Positions 61,806 through 64,000 of a stretch of DNA of 64,000 nucleotides are shown here, piece after piece. The position numbers were made by a program, and so were the translations under genes. The stretch comes from Octopus bimaculoides (taxonomy: Eukaryota), in contig NC_068992.1 in assembly GCF_001194135.2 (NCBI RefSeq), positions 42,222,149 through 42,286,148 of the forward strand, given 5' to 3'. The stretch's first letter is position 1. Every line of letters begins with the position of its first letter. A model generated the notes under the pieces. That model was not told the origin of the DNA. It was given only the letters and a program-made list of their open reading frames with translations, and did not search any database.

Positions 61806-62984
61806 TTTTACAATAATTTGTTGATAAAGAAAAGAGGATTTTGTAATAAAGTATGATCTGAAAAGATCAATAATCACAAAGAGAAAGCAAGATAAAATTA
61901 ATAAGTGGATCGAAAAGTCTGAAAGTGTGTCAAATGTTTTTATATATCCTGTATAAGGAGTTGGAGAAAACTGGTGACCCGCTAATAATATACGGAGAAT
62001 ACTAAAAAGTCGGTGTAGCGTGGTTTGTAACGGTTGAGAAGTTTCTAGAAGATGCAGAGGGAGTAAGAAACACAACATGAATGCTAGCAGAAGAATTCAC
62101 GATGAGAATTGCAGAAGGAGATTGTATAGAATGGAGAATCTATAGAGATTGTCTTTTACGAAGATGGACGAAGATATTAACATGGTGAGATCATAGTGCG
62201 GAGGAAATCAAACTAAGATACTATACCAGGACGCATCTCTGCATTACAAGAGTAGGTTAAGAGAAGAGGTATATTATCTATGACGATAATACCACAGTAC
62301 CTCTCCCTTTTGTAAAGGACGATGTGAAAAATGCAGCGTATTTGGTAATCGAATTTAGATATTATATAAAGGAGCAGTTATGTATTATATATTGAATTTG
62401 AATTGAATCTATAATAGAGCGAGAGAGAAAGCTGAGAAATTGTCTGAACATCAGCCCACTTTAATTGAATTGAAAGACATCAAATCTATGCTACTTCAAC
62501 AAGCAAGGTGACCAGATGGCGCACAGTGAATATTGAAAAACACAAAAGGTTAAAATGGCGAATATTATAAGAAATATGAGGAAGGTTAGAAGGAGTTCTA
62601 CCCATTGACGTTGTAATAACCGGATTTACAGGAATTGGATTCCTGCAACTAAATAGATCTGGATCAAGAACTCAAGCGTGACATTCAATTCTATAGTTAA
62701 TAAATTACATTTATGTAATTCCAGACAGAAGTAGTATCATTATTAATCAATTGGATAACGTTAGCCAATATACGATTTGTACAGAATTCCTTCAAATGTA
62801 TTAGATGGAAGAAAACTCAGCAAACACGATTCCTAACATTGGTAAATGTCTATAATAGGATTTGATTCATACATAATCGGTAATGCATATATATTTGTGG
62901 ACCCCACGATGGATTAAATATAAGATTTCTTCCCTGGATTTGAACAGAGATTGTAGCAGAGAGATGTATCTGAAAGCTGATAGT

Positions 62985-63420
62985 TATTCCTTTCAAATCT
63001 GGCACGAAGCCAGCAATTTCGGGGAAGAGAGTGGGTCAGTAACATGGACCCCAGTATCGAACTGGTATTTATTTTATCGATCCGTCAATAGATGAATGGC
63101 AAAGACGACAACTGTGACATTTGAAATCAGAACGCTAAGAATTTTTCCCGATGTGCTCACAATTCTGCCAACTCGCCTCCCTCCGCCGTGAATGGAAAAT
63201 ACTGGTTTCAAATTTTGGCACAAGGCCAGCAACTTCGAGGCGCGGCAGTAATTTGGTTACATCGACCCCAGTATTCAACTGGTACTTATTTTATGTGACC
63301 CAAAAAGGATGGAAGGCAAAGCCGTCCTCGGCGGAATTTGAACTCATAATGTAAATGCGGGTGAGATGCTTCTAAGCTTTTTGTCCGGCATGTTAACGAT
63401 TCTGCCAGTTCGCTTCCCCT
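62985..63420 (-). mobile_element. Two tandem SINE family C monomers (62985-63185, 63200-63420)
   Basis: Each has aactggta(c)tt..atcga..ggatg..aaggcaaag..cggcggaatttgaactc and ttctgcca. Confidence 0.85.
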
Positions 63421-63604
63421 CGTCGATGGATGTAAATTATTAAAATATATTTCAGTTAATTTATTCTTTCTATTTTAACGTTCTATTTTGTGTTTTGTTG
63501 AGTATATTTACGAATGGATGTACTCTTTTATACATGATATTATGGCACTGTGTAGTAAGTAAGGTTAATGCGATCTAGTAATGCTGTATGGACCAGTAGC
63601 CAGC

Positions 63605-63750
63605 CCAGCGAACTGGTAGAAGCGTTAAGAACGTCGAAAAAGTGGTGCGCAGTATTTGTTCCGGATCTTTATATTCTGATTTTAAATACACAAATGTCGG
63701 CTCAGCATTCCATCCTTCTCACGGTTGATAAAAATGAGATACTAGTGAAG
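63605..63750 (+). mobile_element. Highly decayed SINE family C
   Basis: gcgaactggtagaagcgttaag...ttctgattttaaat...cagcattccatccttctcacggttgataaaaatgag. Confidence 0.55.
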
Positions 63751-63919
63751 TTCTGAGGACGGAGCGTGTGACGAACCCATACTCATGAGAACTGTTGGCT
63801 TTTACCTGAAGCCGAGCCCGTTATTTTATCAGTTAGAATGATAGATTTGCCAGAGGGCAGTGCATTAGCAGGACAGTCGGAACATAATCTTTCTGTATTT
63901 AGCCCGGGAGTCTGTTTTT

Positions 63920-64000
63920 ACGTGATTAGAGTGTTGCTCAGACTATTGCCAGATCGTTGATTTGATTCCCATACCGAGAGATGCGTTATGTTCTTGAGCA
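63920..64000 (+). mobile_element. SINE family B head (runs off the window)
   Basis: gattagagtg...gatttgattcccataccg...gttatgttcttgagca. Confidence 0.55.

Noticed and set aside
62040-62860. Purine-rich stretch with faint LINE endonuclease-like peptide hints
   Set aside because: No diagnostic motif in a consistent frame.
1-64000. CRISPR array, rRNA, operon or prokaryotic genes
   Set aside because: No regularly spaced repeat-spacer units, no rRNA similarity and no gene-dense coding; the sequence is eukaryotic repeat-rich DNA.

Overview
AT-rich, repeat-dense animal non-coding DNA (intronic or intergenic), most consistent with an octopod cephalopod. That assignment is inferred from the SINE repertoire and the very high (AT)n/(GT)n/(GATA)n/(AAT)n microsatellite load. 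About 6.4 kb lies in 15 N-gaps, nearly all flanked by simple repeats. No intact protein-coding gene, tRNA, rRNA or CRISPR array can be supported. Most ORF-track entries are microsatellite or N-run artefacts, or antisense SINE reading frames. The window holds about 40 copies or fragments of four tRNA-headed SINE families (called A-D here) and decayed non-LTR retrotransposons (HERO-like RLE, Tx1-like, possibly RTE and Penelope GIY-YIG). It also holds Tc1/mariner remnants and MITEs, a long-TIR MITE with a perfect 8-bp TSD, a hAT-like MITE and a Helentron-like element. The most notable signal is four unrelated families of minimal type I hammerhead-ribozyme motifs of the Penelope-associated kind. 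Each has its own palindromic stem III, and one carries a compensatory G3-C8 core. Several long fold-back structures are also present: a 300-bp inverted duplication, a mariner fold-back, and two compact hairpins of 45 and about 53 bp with G-U bias on the + strand.
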